From NCBI GenBank assembly GCA_011388275.1, contig DSAB01000121.1, positions 123,579 to 187,578 of the forward strand: a stretch of 64,000 nucleotides of DNA, written 5' to 3'. Position numbers and translations under genes: made by a program. Position 1 is the first letter of the stretch, and each line of letters opens with the position of its first letter. This DNA comes from a bacterium. GTDB taxonomy: Bacteria > Zhuqueibacterota > QNDG01 > DSAB01. Shown here in pieces: positions 38,025-47,204 of the stretch. Below the pieces are notes generated by a model that made no database searches, was not told the origin of the DNA, and was given only the letters and a program-made list of their open reading frames with translations.

Positions 38025-39149
38025 CTATCCCATTTCGGTTGAGTCGGGAGTCCGTTTCTCTGAAAAAACCCGAATCCCCGGGCCGATGTGAATGATCATG
38101 GGCTTTCCGCCGGCCTGAGCAATGGCTTCAGCCGCGGCTTCGGCGTTTACAGGCGCGTACACGAACATGCAGCCTCCTCCTCCTGATCCGTTGATCTTTC
38201 CGCCCAGGGCGCCTGCCTTGAGGGCGGCCTGGAGCATGGCGTCGATTTTTGGAGTGGATATTTTCAGCCGGTCGCGCAGTATTTCGTGATGACGGTTGAG
38301 CAGATCTCCAAAGGTTCGACCGTCCATTTTCCGCGCAAGCATTATTTTTCTGGCGGTTTCGGTCAGATTTCTGTTTTGGATCTGTCCTTCCAGCAGGGCG
38401 GCCTGGCTTTCGTTCAGGCAGCTTTTCAATGATTCAAATCGTTCCTGCGTCAGATTTCCAAGTGTCGAAGCCGGATCTTCTTTTTTAATACAGCCGAAGG
38501 CTTCAAGCGTTCCCTTCTTGACGCGGCTCAGGATGGAAAAGGTGTCTTTGGGCTCCATCGAGTCTCCGAGCACGAAAGAACCCAAATCACCCGGCAGGGC
38601 TTCGGGAGCTCCCGGAGAGGAAAAATCGATATAGAGCAGGGAGCCCAGGCTCGAGACCATGTGATCCATCATGCCCCCCGGTTCGCCGAATTCCCTGACC
38701 TCCGCCTCATGAGCGATTCGGGCCACGGTCAAGGGGTCCAGCGCCCGCTTATCCCCGCCGGCTTTCAACAGGAAACACACCCAGGCCACCATCAGGGCCG
38801 AGGAACTGGACGTTCCGGAGTTGATGGGAATGTTTCCGCGCACCGTACACCGATAACCGGTTTTCCACGTGACTCCGTGCCTTTGAACAACCCGGATTCC
38901 GCTGCGAAAGTAATCGCGTTCTTTCCGGTATCGTACTGGCGATTCAAGAGAGACGATCTCCATGTGATGAATGTCGGGGCAGTGGACGACGAATTCCGGA
39001 CGAGGGTGAGGACGTCCGATGATTTCAATCCGCAGATCAATGGCCGCGGTGATCACCGAAAGACCCAGATAGTCCTGATGTTCCCCGAACAGGCAGATCC
39101 GTCCCGGAGCGGAGGCCCGGATCGCCTGTGCGCTGTTCGATGAATTCAT
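38025..39149 (-). CDS. GHMP kinase, galactokinase family (sugar 1-kinase)
   Basis: APGRICLFGEHQDY matches the galactokinase signature GR-x-N-L-I-GEH-x-DY. PINSGTSSSSAL is GHMP motif II and GSGGGGC is motif III. 374 aa. Confidence 0.8.
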   Translation of the reverse strand: MNSSNSAQAIRASAPGRICLFGEHQDYLGLSVITAAIDLRIEIIGRPHPRPEFVVHCPDIHHMEIVSLESPVRYRKERDYFRSGIRVVQRHGVTWKTGYRCTVRGNIPINSGTSSSSALMVAWVCFLLKAGGDKRALDPLTVARIAHEAEVREFGEPGGMMDHMVSSLGSLLYIDFSSPGAPEALPGDLGSFVLGDSMEPKDTFSILSRVKKGTLEAFGCIKKEDPASTLGNLTQERFESLKSCLNESQAALLEGQIQNRNLTETARKIMLARKMDGRTFGDLLNRHHEILRDRLKISTPKIDAMLQAALKAGALGGKINGSGGGGCMFVYAPVNAEAAAEAIAQAGGKPMIIHIGPGIRVFSEKRTPDSTEMG

Positions 39150-42028
39150 TCGCTGTGTGTCCGGTTTTTTGTTTCCGGTACCGCGTCCTCTTTGGTTTCG
39201 GTCTGTTCTGCTTTATGTGAGCTGTCTTTCGGCGCCTCCTGTGTCCAGAGCTTGATGCGCTCTTTCAGATGCTCTTCCATCTTCAGATGGGGTATTCCTT
39301 CCGTCATCCATACGGGAGCCTCGCCGCCCCTGAGATGATGATCGAAGAATTCCTTCATGCGAAGCGTATAATCTTTGCGGTTGGCCGGCTTCCGGACGCC
39401 GTGATTTTCCCCTTTATACTGAAGCATAATAACGGATTTTCCCAGCCGCCTGAGCGCGTTGTAGTATTCGATTCCCTGGTTCCAGTCAACAGCCCCATCC
39501 TTGTCGTTGTGCAGCAGAAGCAGAGGCGTCTCAACGTCCCGGGCGAAATAGACAGGCGAATTGCGCCTGTAAGCGTCATTCAATTCCCAATACCCGCCTG
39601 TGAAGCGGCCCTGCTGGCTTTCGAAAATAGGCTGATTGGCCGATCCGGTATTCCAGTAGATGGAACTGTACATGCTGATCAGGTTGGTTAAAGGAGCGCC
39701 GGCCGCGGCCGCCTTGAAACGGCCGGTTTGTGTGATGAGAAACGCCGTTTGATACCCGCCCCATGAATGGCCGTGCAGGCCGATCCGCTCGGGATCGATC
39801 ACGCCGGTCTCGATGGCCGCGTCGAGTGCCGGAAGAACGCACCACACGGCCGACATGCCGGGATCGTTGACCTTGTATTTGATGTCCGGCATCAGCACCG
39901 CGTATCCCCAGTGATTGAACAGAGAACGGCTGAATCCGCCGGTACGGGGCGGGTTGTACGTGTTCAATGTCTGGGAAAGCGTCTCGTAGATATACACAAT
40001 AGCTGGATAGGTTTTTCCTTCTTCATATTCCGCTGGCAGAAAAAGGGCTCCCTGCATTCGCTGATTGCCGGTCCCCCGGTATTCGATCAGCCGGGCTTCG
40101 GCCGTCCATGCATACTCATCCTGCCGGGGATTGGCTTCGGTCAGCCGGCGAAAACCGGACCATTCGCCGTCTGCAGTATAATAATCCGGAAACTCGCTGA
40201 AAGTTTCCCGGGTATACAGATACCGTTCCGCTTCTTCGGCTTTCATGAGGGAGCCGTACCGGGCATCGTCCCAAAAGATCATACGGGAATCTTTACCGTG
40301 TATTTGAGTAATACCCGACTTTTTATTCCATTCCCCGTAGGCGAAAAAGTAAAGCGGCAAGGAAAGATCGATGCCTTTTTCATCGGGATCCAGCTGAACC
40401 CGGCGGGCGTACCGCTTTCCCTGTGTGCGTCCATCTTTGGTCAGGTTCTTCCACTTTCTGCCCTGGATGTCCACTTGCCAGACATCCCAGTTGTCGTAGA
40501 GAAGCACATGCCGGCCGGTTTTGTCCCATCCCACCGGCCGGATCGGCGGATCGATGACGTTGTGATCGTCTTCGGTGTCGATAAAGGAAACCGGCATATC
40601 ACGGGTGATGTTCACGGGTTTTCCGCCGGCCAGTTCCACCGTGTAGTAGTGGCCGTTTTCATAATACAGAAAATGCGTGCCGGTCGGAGAGACGGTAAAA
40701 GGCCACCGGCATTTGGAAATCAGCAGATGGCGCTGCCCGTTCTTCATGTTTACGGCATAGATGTCGCGGTACCGGCGGCCGTCCAGGTTGGCCATCCAGA
40801 GATAGGGGGATTCGTCATAGCCCAGAGCCCATAGATCCTTCGGTGCGGGATAAACCAGGCGCAAACTGTCATCGGCCAGGCGATAAAAGGTGTTTTCCCG
40901 AATCCGGTAAAGAGCCGTATAGCTGAATGTTTTATCCCGTCCCGCCTGAACCTGCTGCATGGACTGCAGGCGGTCGTCGCCGTGATGCCAGATTACCAGG
41001 GCCGGTATTTCCTCGTCGTTGGAACCTGAGGATTTGTTTTCATCTTTTTCCGTATCCGCCATTTCATGAATGCCGAAGATCAGGGCGTCCAGGTTGTCGC
41101 TCCATCGGGGCCGCTGATGCGGGCTGATGGACATATGAGAAGGAAAAGCGTCATCGAGTGCCGGATCGTAAAGAGCGCGGGTCACCTCGGGCCGGTCCAG
41201 ATCCTTGAATCCCAGAATCGAGTGGTGAGACGGGCCCCCTTTCTTTTTTGCCGGTTTTACATGTTCCTTCAAAACCGTGAAGCCTTCTCCTTCTTCGGTC
41301 CAGTTCAGATTTGAGTACCGGGCCGAATCCTGCTCGAGCACCGTGACTTCACCGGATGAGAGGCGGCGCAGCTGAATGCCGTTGCCTCTCTGTTCATGGG
41401 CGTCCACCAGCCAGACCAGAAAGCGGCCGTGTTTGTCGAAGGCGAATTCCGATACATTGCCGATGTTGATCTGCTGCATGGTGTTGAGATCAACAAGAAG
41501 CAGATCCGTGCCCTGATAGCCCGAATCGTCTTTTTTCCGGGAGGCCGGGGCGTAACCGTGCAGTGCCAGCCAGCGGGACCCATGGCACAGAGCAAAATTT
41601 TGAATGCCCTTGTATTCGGTCATTCCGCCGTTTTCGAGCCTGACCAGGGCGACACTGTTTTCCGGTTGTGCTGTTCCCTTCCGGTTCTTTTTCGATTCCA
41701 TGGACGGATACACGGTAAAGGCAAGCCATCGGCCGTTGTCCGTGAACGTCAGATCGCCACGGGATGATTCTCCCGCAGGGAACCGGTAGCATTTATCCCC
41801 TTCGGTTTCCCGGATCAGAACTTTGCTGTCGCCTTCCTGAGGCACGAGGCGGCAGGCAAACCAGCTGCCGTCGCGTGAGAGGGCTGCGGATCGAATGGTT
41901 TTCCATTCCAGGATATCGGGAATGGTCAATTCCCTGGCTGAGACAGAAAAAACGGATGAAAAAGCGATGAAAACAAGGATAAAGATTCCTTGTATACGGC
42001 TGGCTGGGCGCATGGTTTTTCCTTTCAT
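39146..42028 (-). CDS. secreted S9-family serine peptidase (beta-propeller + prolyl-oligopeptidase-type alpha/beta hydrolase)
   Basis: Signal peptide MKGKTMRPASRIQGIFILVFIAFSSVFSVSA, a long propeller-like N-terminal region, and a C-terminal GHSWGGYQT (GxSxGG nucleophile elbow) with downstream Asp/His blocks (LLLHNDKDGAVD...GENHGV). Confidence 0.75.
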   Translation of the reverse strand: MKGKTMRPASRIQGIFILVFIAFSSVFSVSARELTIPDILEWKTIRSAALSRDGSWFACRLVPQEGDSKVLIRETEGDKCYRFPAGESSRGDLTFTDNGRWLAFTVYPSMESKKNRKGTAQPENSVALVRLENGGMTEYKGIQNFALCHGSRWLALHGYAPASRKKDDSGYQGTDLLLVDLNTMQQINIGNVSEFAFDKHGRFLVWLVDAHEQRGNGIQLRRLSSGEVTVLEQDSARYSNLNWTEEGEGFTVLKEHVKPAKKKGGPSHHSILGFKDLDRPEVTRALYDPALDDAFPSHMSISPHQRPRWSDNLDALIFGIHEMADTEKDENKSSGSNDEEIPALVIWHHGDDRLQSMQQVQAGRDKTFSYTALYRIRENTFYRLADDSLRLVYPAPKDLWALGYDESPYLWMANLDGRRYRDIYAVNMKNGQRHLLISKCRWPFTVSPTGTHFLYYENGHYYTVELAGGKPVNITRDMPVSFIDTEDDHNVIDPPIRPVGWDKTGRHVLLYDNWDVWQVDIQGRKWKNLTKDGRTQGKRYARRVQLDPDEKGIDLSLPLYFFAYGEWNKKSGITQIHGKDSRMIFWDDARYGSLMKAEEAERYLYTRETFSEFPDYYTADGEWSGFRRLTEANPRQDEYAWTAEARLIEYRGTGNQRMQGALFLPAEYEEGKTYPAIVYIYETLSQTLNTYNPPRTGGFSRSLFNHWGYAVLMPDIKYKVNDPGMSAVWCVLPALDAAIETGVIDPERIGLHGHSWGGYQTAFLITQTGRFKAAAAGAPLTNLISMYSSIYWNTGSANQPIFESQQGRFTGGYWELNDAYRRNSPVYFARDVETPLLLLHNDKDGAVDWNQGIEYYNALRRLGKSVIMLQYKGENHGVRKPANRKDYTLRMKEFFDHHLRGGEAPVWMTEGIPHLKMEEHLKERIKLWTQEAPKDSSHKAEQTETKEDAVPETKNRTHSE

Positions 42029-42029
42029 G

Positions 42030-42782
42030 TCAGGTTGATTTGAGGGATTTGACCATCGATGAGACGGCTTCGCCGAGCAGCATGGCGTCAATGCCGCAGG
42101 CGATGAGCGTATACCCTTCGGCGATTCGTGAACGAACGGCGTCGGCATTCACTCCGAATATGCCGACCGGCAGGCCTGCATCCGCCGCCGATTGACGAAC
42201 GGTTTCGACTGCGGTTTCAACTTCGGCGTCCCTGACCTGTCCCGGCTTGTTCATGCTTCCCGACAGGTCATAGGGACCGATAAACACGGCATCCACTCCT
42301 GGAATCCGGACGATCTCGTCGATATTCCGGACACCGTCGATATGCTCGATTTGAATAATGACCGCCATCTGATCGTTCGCGTTCTCTATGTAATTCTGAA
42401 AAGTCGCTCCATATCCCTGCGCCCGGGCAATACCCACGTCGCGCTGACCCAGGGGCGGGTATTTGCAGCAGCGAATGATACGGCGTGTCTGTTCGGGGGT
42501 GTTCACGTGGGGTATCAAAACTCCATCAGGACCCGTGTCCATGACCTTTTTAATCCAGACTTCGTCGTGGGAAGGGACGCGGACCACGGCCGGACAGTTT
42601 CCCGCGGCTTGAAGCAGCCTTTGAACTTCAAGTATGCCGAAGGCTCCGTGCTCCATGTCCATGAAGATCCAGTCCACACCTGAGAGGGCGATTATCTCGG
42701 CGGCTTCCGGAGAAGCCAGGGAAAGAAATGTGCCGATAAGCGGTTTTTGCGCGCGGAGCAGCTGACGAAAAGAACGGTTCAT
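42030..42782 (-). CDS. HpcH/HpaI-family 2-keto-3-deoxy-acid aldolase
   Basis: 250 aa TIM barrel with ...IFMDMEHGAFG, VVRVP and IQIEHIDGVRNIDEI blocks typical of GarL/RhmA/HpaI class II pyruvate aldolases. Confidence 0.8.
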   Translation of the reverse strand: MNRSFRQLLRAQKPLIGTFLSLASPEAAEIIALSGVDWIFMDMEHGAFGILEVQRLLQAAGNCPAVVRVPSHDEVWIKKVMDTGPDGVLIPHVNTPEQTRRIIRCCKYPPLGQRDVGIARAQGYGATFQNYIENANDQMAVIIQIEHIDGVRNIDEIVRIPGVDAVFIGPYDLSGSMNKPGQVRDAEVETAVETVRQSAADAGLPVGIFGVNADAVRSRIAEGYTLIACGIDAMLLGEAVSSMVKSLKST

Positions 42783-42943
42783 GGACTCCTCCTGAAAGAA
42801 ATGTGTGCTTCAGTTGGCGAGAGGCCGTGATTGATACAAACAGCATGGCTGTAAAATAATGAATTCCCCCCTGGATGTCAACGGATTCGTGAAAGAACCG
42901 GGAATGAACCGGCCTTATTTTGAACCGGCAAGGTAAATGCCGG

Positions 42944-42972
42944 TTGACTTTCAGGCTGTAAATAATTACTAT
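42944..42972 (+). promoter_or_regulatory. sigma70-like promoter candidate for the SSS transporter gene (TTGACT-N17-TACTAT)
   Basis: cggTTGACTttcaggctgtaaataatTACTATaaaac about 40 nt upstream of the ATG at 43012. Preceded by an aaccggc/gccggtt hairpin. Confidence 0.3.
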
Positions 42973-43011
42973 AAAACGGTCAGAATGAAAACAGATTCCG
43001 GAGAAAAACGG

Positions 43012-45114
43012 ATGACCGTATGGGGACTGCATGTAATCGATTTGTGTGTGGTGGCCGGATACGCGGGGTTTGTGCTTTATCTGGGAAAGAAAGCCGCGGA
43101 CTCCACGCACGGCATGGAAGATTTTTTCCTGGCCGGCCGGAAGCTGGGCAAGTTTTATCAGTTTTTTCTCAATTTCGGGTGCTCGACCAACGCCGACCAG
43201 GCGGTAGCAGTCTCCAGGGAAATCTATCGTCAGGGTATCGGGGGTATGTGGATTCAGTATCTGGTCCTTTTTCTGACTCCTTTCTATTGGTTTACCACGA
43301 TGCTGTTCCGCCGCGTGCGGCTGACCACGCTCGGTGATTATTTCACGGAACGGTTTCGCAGCCGCTCTCTCGGAGGCGGATACGCGGTATTCATTCTTCT
43401 GCTCGCTCTTTTGGGAGGCGGGGTGGGGTATCTGGTGGCCGCCAAGACCGTGATGGCCATGACGCCGAAAACACTGGAACAATGCACTCCGGAAGAGCGC
43501 CGGAGCATTGCGGATTTTCAGGTCTTTCAGGAGCTGAGAGCCCGTGAAACGGGGCTGACACCCGAAGAAGCCGCGTCCTATGACGTTCTGAATGAAATGA
43601 ACAAGCGGGGTGAGCTTCGATCCTTCGTTTCCCATACCGATCCCCTGATCTTTTATTTTATCTACGCCCTGATCGTCGGTATTTACACGATGATGGGAGG
43701 GTTTAAGGCCGCGGCCGTGACGGATGCCATTCAGGGGATTCTGATCATGGTTTTTTCGCTGCTTCTTATTCCCCTCGGTCTGGCCCGTATCGGAGGGTTT
43801 TCCGGTCTTCATGCCGCAGTCCCGGATTACATGTTTGAGCTTTTCGGCCATGTGGTTCTGAGTGAATACGCCTGGTACACGATTTTAGCCATGTCCCTGG
43901 CCAATCTGGTTTCCATTGTGGCCGTGGCTTCAGGCATGCAGACCGCGGGTTCGGCGAAAAACGAGAAAACGGCCCGGTTCGGCATGATAGGCGGGATGTT
44001 CTTCAAGCGGTTCATCATGATTTTCTGGGCCCTGGCCGGACTTCTGGCCATCGGCCTTTATGCCGGCCGTCTGCACGATCCCGATCTGATCTGGGGGTTT
44101 ATGACGCGCGACCTGCTCTTTCCCGGTGCCGTCGGACTGATGCTGGTCGGCATTCTGGCGGCCAACATGTCCACACTGGATGCCGGAGCCGTTTCCTATT
44201 CGGCGCTGTTTATTCGAAATATTTATCAGCCCGTGGTTTCCGGAAAAAGCGAGAGACATTATCTGTGGGTGGGGCGTATCGTTATCGCGGCAACCCTGCT
44301 GGGCGGCATTGCCGTGGCGCTTTACGTGGACAATTTACTCGAACTGTTCAAATATATAATCTCCATTCCGGCGATATTCGGCGCTTCCATCTGGCTGGGT
44401 TTCATCTGGAGACGGCTCACGAAAACGGCGGTCATCATTCAGGTGGCCGTATGTTTGGTCATCTATGCCGTTATTCCCAATCTGTTCGCGTCGATGGCCG
44501 TCACCCGGCAGCATCAGCCCTTTCTCCTGGAGACGGAAGAACGGATCGCTTGGATGGAAAGCCGGGCCTCGCAAAAAGATGTGGCGGATGGACTGGCAGT
44601 CCAGGAGGGGGATCGTTTTCAAAAGGCCGTTAAAACGGCGCCCGTGGGAGTCTTTTTTGAACGGGTGGCACGAACAAATCCGAAGAATCCGCATTCTGCC
44701 AGGGAAGGGTTCGGCCGGTTCCACGCCGAAATCTGGGTGCTGAGCTGGTTCGGACTGGATTTCACGCGATGCAGCAAGGCTCAGCTGGTGGCTGTTCGTT
44801 TCTTCTTTGATGCACTCTTTCCCTTTGTCCTTCTTTTTCTGATTTCCTTTCTGACAAAGCCGGTGGACGCATCCTCTCTCGACCGGTTTTTTGCCAAAGT
44901 CCACACACCGGTTCAGCCCACGCCCGACAGGGAGCGGGCGGCTCTGGAAGAGAGTTTCCAAAATCCCGGCCGATTTGATTCCAGGAAGATGTTTCCCGGC
45001 ACACAATGGGAGATCATGAAACCCGGAAAGATGGACATCATCGGATTCGGCGGAAGCTGGGTGCTGGTGGGTCTGATTATTTTACTGCTCTGGCTGATGG
45101 TTTCGATCCGCTGA
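43012..45114 (+). CDS. sodium:solute symporter-family transporter with long C-terminal extension
   Basis: MTVWGLHVIDLCVVAGYAGFVLYLGKK...DFFLAGRKLG SSS N-terminus; about 700 aa with extra soluble and TM segments after the core. Start trimmed to the ATG preceded by GGAG and downstream of a TTGACT-N17-TACTAT promoter. Confidence 0.75.
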   Translation: MTVWGLHVIDLCVVAGYAGFVLYLGKKAADSTHGMEDFFLAGRKLGKFYQFFLNFGCSTNADQAVAVSREIYRQGIGGMWIQYLVLFLTPFYWFTTMLFRRVRLTTLGDYFTERFRSRSLGGGYAVFILLLALLGGGVGYLVAAKTVMAMTPKTLEQCTPEERRSIADFQVFQELRARETGLTPEEAASYDVLNEMNKRGELRSFVSHTDPLIFYFIYALIVGIYTMMGGFKAAAVTDAIQGILIMVFSLLLIPLGLARIGGFSGLHAAVPDYMFELFGHVVLSEYAWYTILAMSLANLVSIVAVASGMQTAGSAKNEKTARFGMIGGMFFKRFIMIFWALAGLLAIGLYAGRLHDPDLIWGFMTRDLLFPGAVGLMLVGILAANMSTLDAGAVSYSALFIRNIYQPVVSGKSERHYLWVGRIVIAATLLGGIAVALYVDNLLELFKYIISIPAIFGASIWLGFIWRRLTKTAVIIQVAVCLVIYAVIPNLFASMAVTRQHQPFLLETEERIAWMESRASQKDVADGLAVQEGDRFQKAVKTAPVGVFFERVARTNPKNPHSAREGFGRFHAEIWVLSWFGLDFTRCSKAQLVAVRFFFDALFPFVLLFLISFLTKPVDASSLDRFFAKVHTPVQPTPDRERAALEESFQNPGRFDSRKMFPGTQWEIMKPGKMDIIGFGGSWVLVGLIILLLWLMVSIR

Positions 45115-45260
45115 AAGCCTCTTGATGACCGGCCGGCCGGGGTCGCGGAGCGCAGGAGAGAATCATGCCGGAGAGAAGCATCAGGATGGCGGGGCAGTTT
45201 GTGGCACGCATCTTTTTCCTTTCATGTTTTTCGGTGATGGCAAATCATTTCACTGTCCGG

Positions 45261-46112
45261 TTATTTGTCCAGCGCCCGAATGAAATTCAAAACGCATCGC
45301 GGCAGATCGGGGGCGTACCCGCCTTCGAGCAGACAGAATGTCGGCACGTTCAATTCTCTGATTTTTTCCCCGATGATCGAGTACAATTCGGCGGACAGAT
45401 TGAACAGGGTCAACGGGTCGCTGCGCAGCGTGTCGAAGCCGGCTGAAACCCCGAGCAGTGCGGGATGAAAATGGCGAATATGCTGACAGGCCTTCTCAAG
45501 AGTCAGCAAATAGTCCCGGTCGCCGGTCATCGGCGGGAGGGGGAAGTTCACGATATTGCCATGCGACGACAGGCCGGTTCCCGGAAACAGATGGGTTTGA
45601 TGCAGGGAGACATAGAGCACGGATCGATGACCCGTGAATATTTCTTCCGTGCCGTTGCCGTGATGGCAATCGATATCCAGTATGGCCGTTCTGGCATGGG
45701 TGTTTTCGGCCGAATACCGGCTGACCGCGATCGCCATATTGTTGAGATAGCAAAACCCCATCACGCGGTCTCTGGTGGCATGATGACCCGGGGGGCGCAT
45801 CAGGGAAAAGGCCGTTTCGCCTTCGAGCGCACTTGTCATGGCCTGAACCGCCGCACCCGCTGAAAGCAGCGCATGCTCATAAATCAGAGGAATGACCGGG
45901 GTGTCCCAATCGAAAAACCGGCCGGTTTTTATGCGTTCCAGATGTCCCGGCGTATGAACCAGAAGCACGTCCTCGTCCGTGCAAGGGCTCGGATCGGTAA
46001 ACGCGTATCGTTCTTTTTGAAGCGCGGCATGAATGGCGGCGACACGATCCGGAGATTCGGGATGTCCGGTCCGGCCGTAGGTCAGACATTCGGGAGAAAA
46101 GATGAGTTTCAT
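45261..46112 (-). CDS. histone-deacetylase-superfamily amidohydrolase (AcuC/acetylpolyamine amidohydrolase-like)
   Basis: HPESPDR, RPPGHHA and DIDCHHGNGT are the HDAC zinc-site and catalytic blocks. 283 aa. Confidence 0.8.
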   Translation of the reverse strand: MKLIFSPECLTYGRTGHPESPDRVAAIHAALQKERYAFTDPSPCTDEDVLLVHTPGHLERIKTGRFFDWDTPVIPLIYEHALLSAGAAVQAMTSALEGETAFSLMRPPGHHATRDRVMGFCYLNNMAIAVSRYSAENTHARTAILDIDCHHGNGTEEIFTGHRSVLYVSLHQTHLFPGTGLSSHGNIVNFPLPPMTGDRDYLLTLEKACQHIRHFHPALLGVSAGFDTLRSDPLTLFNLSAELYSIIGEKIRELNVPTFCLLEGGYAPDLPRCVLNFIRALDK

Positions 46113-46218
46113 GGCATTCCGTTTTCAGCCGGTCGATCACAAGAACCTCCTAAAATAGCCACATCGATCCGGAATGTCAATTGAAAAATACGCAGCGAGA
46201 ATCCGAAAGACTTTTATC

Positions 46219-46247
46219 TTGGATTTATTCGGGTAAAATCTTACATT
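46219..46247 (+). promoter_or_regulatory. promoter candidate for PNP gene (TTGGAT-N17-TACATT), start codon 7 nt after the -10 (possible leaderless mRNA)
   Basis: tcTTGGATttattcgggtaaaatctTACATTggctgatATG; no RBS is possible in a 7-nt leader. Confidence 0.3.
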
Positions 46248-46254
46248 GGCTGAT

Positions 46255-47091
46255 ATGACCCGCTATGAATCAAGGATAGAAAACGCCGCCGGTTTTTTGT
46301 CGGACAAAGGCGGCGGCTGCCCCTGCTGGGGCGTCATTCTGGGGTCCGGTCTGGGCGGTCTGGCGTCACGGATTCAGAATGAATGGGCCGTAAATACACG
46401 GGATATTCCCGGATGGCCGGTTTCCACGGTTTCAGGCCACGAGGGCAGGCTGGTTTTTGGGCATCATGCGGGATGTTCCCTGCTGGTTCTGGAGGGGCGT
46501 GTTCATCTCTATGAGGGCTATTCGGCCGCCGAGGTGGGACTTCCCGTCAGGGTGCTGCACCGGCTGGGCGTCAGGAATCTGGTTCTAACCAACGCGGCGG
46601 GAGGGCTCAATCCCGGTTTTAACGCCGGAGATATTATGCTGATATCGGATCATATCAATCTGATGCCGTGCAATCCTCTGGCCGGATACTCGCCGGCCCC
46701 GAAGGAACCCCGGTTCCCGGACATGTCGCAGGTCTATGATCCGCGTTATCTTCAGGCGGCGGCGGGTGCGGCTGAAGAGTTGTCACTGCGGTGCCGAACC
46801 GGTATTCTGGTGTCTACTCTGGGGCCCGGTTACGAAACCCCTGCAGAGGTACGGATGATGCAGAGGCTTGGGGGAGACGCGGTGTGCATGTCCACCGTAC
46901 CCGAAGCCATGGCCGCGGTGCCGCTGGGACTGCGCGTTCTGGGTCTCTCGCTGATCAGCAATGCGGCGGCGGGGCTGAAGGAAAGAAAGCTGTCTCATGA
47001 GGATGTTCAAAGAGCGGCAAACCGGGCAAGCGATTCGATGCACGCGCTCATATTAAAGGTAATTGAAAAGGTCAAACAGGAACAAGGCTGA
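46255..47091 (+). CDS. purine nucleoside phosphorylase (PNP/MTAP family)
   Basis: VILGSGLG, HEGRLVFG...LVLEGRVHLYEGY and CMSTVPEA blocks. The track start is a TTG at 46246; the first ATG is at 46255 (MTRYESRIENAAGF). Confidence 0.85.
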   Translation: MTRYESRIENAAGFLSDKGGGCPCWGVILGSGLGGLASRIQNEWAVNTRDIPGWPVSTVSGHEGRLVFGHHAGCSLLVLEGRVHLYEGYSAAEVGLPVRVLHRLGVRNLVLTNAAGGLNPGFNAGDIMLISDHINLMPCNPLAGYSPAPKEPRFPDMSQVYDPRYLQAAAGAAEELSLRCRTGILVSTLGPGYETPAEVRMMQRLGGDAVCMSTVPEAMAAVPLGLRVLGLSLISNAAAGLKERKLSHEDVQRAANRASDSMHALILKVIEKVKQEQG

Positions 47092-47204
47092 TTCCCTGAC
47101 CGCTGTCCGCGAAGTTCGGAGCTTGCCGAAACCTTCGGGAGACGGGCCATGGGGATGGTGCATACGATGGCGGACCAGAAATTCGACCAAACAGGAGAAT
47201 CTCT

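Noticed and set aside
47092-47204. Short hairpins (gttcgg...ccgaa, ccgaaaccttcgg) between the PNP and lipid kinase genes
   Set aside because: Stems are only 5 bp with no following T-tract, too weak to call a terminator. The genes are probably co-transcribed.
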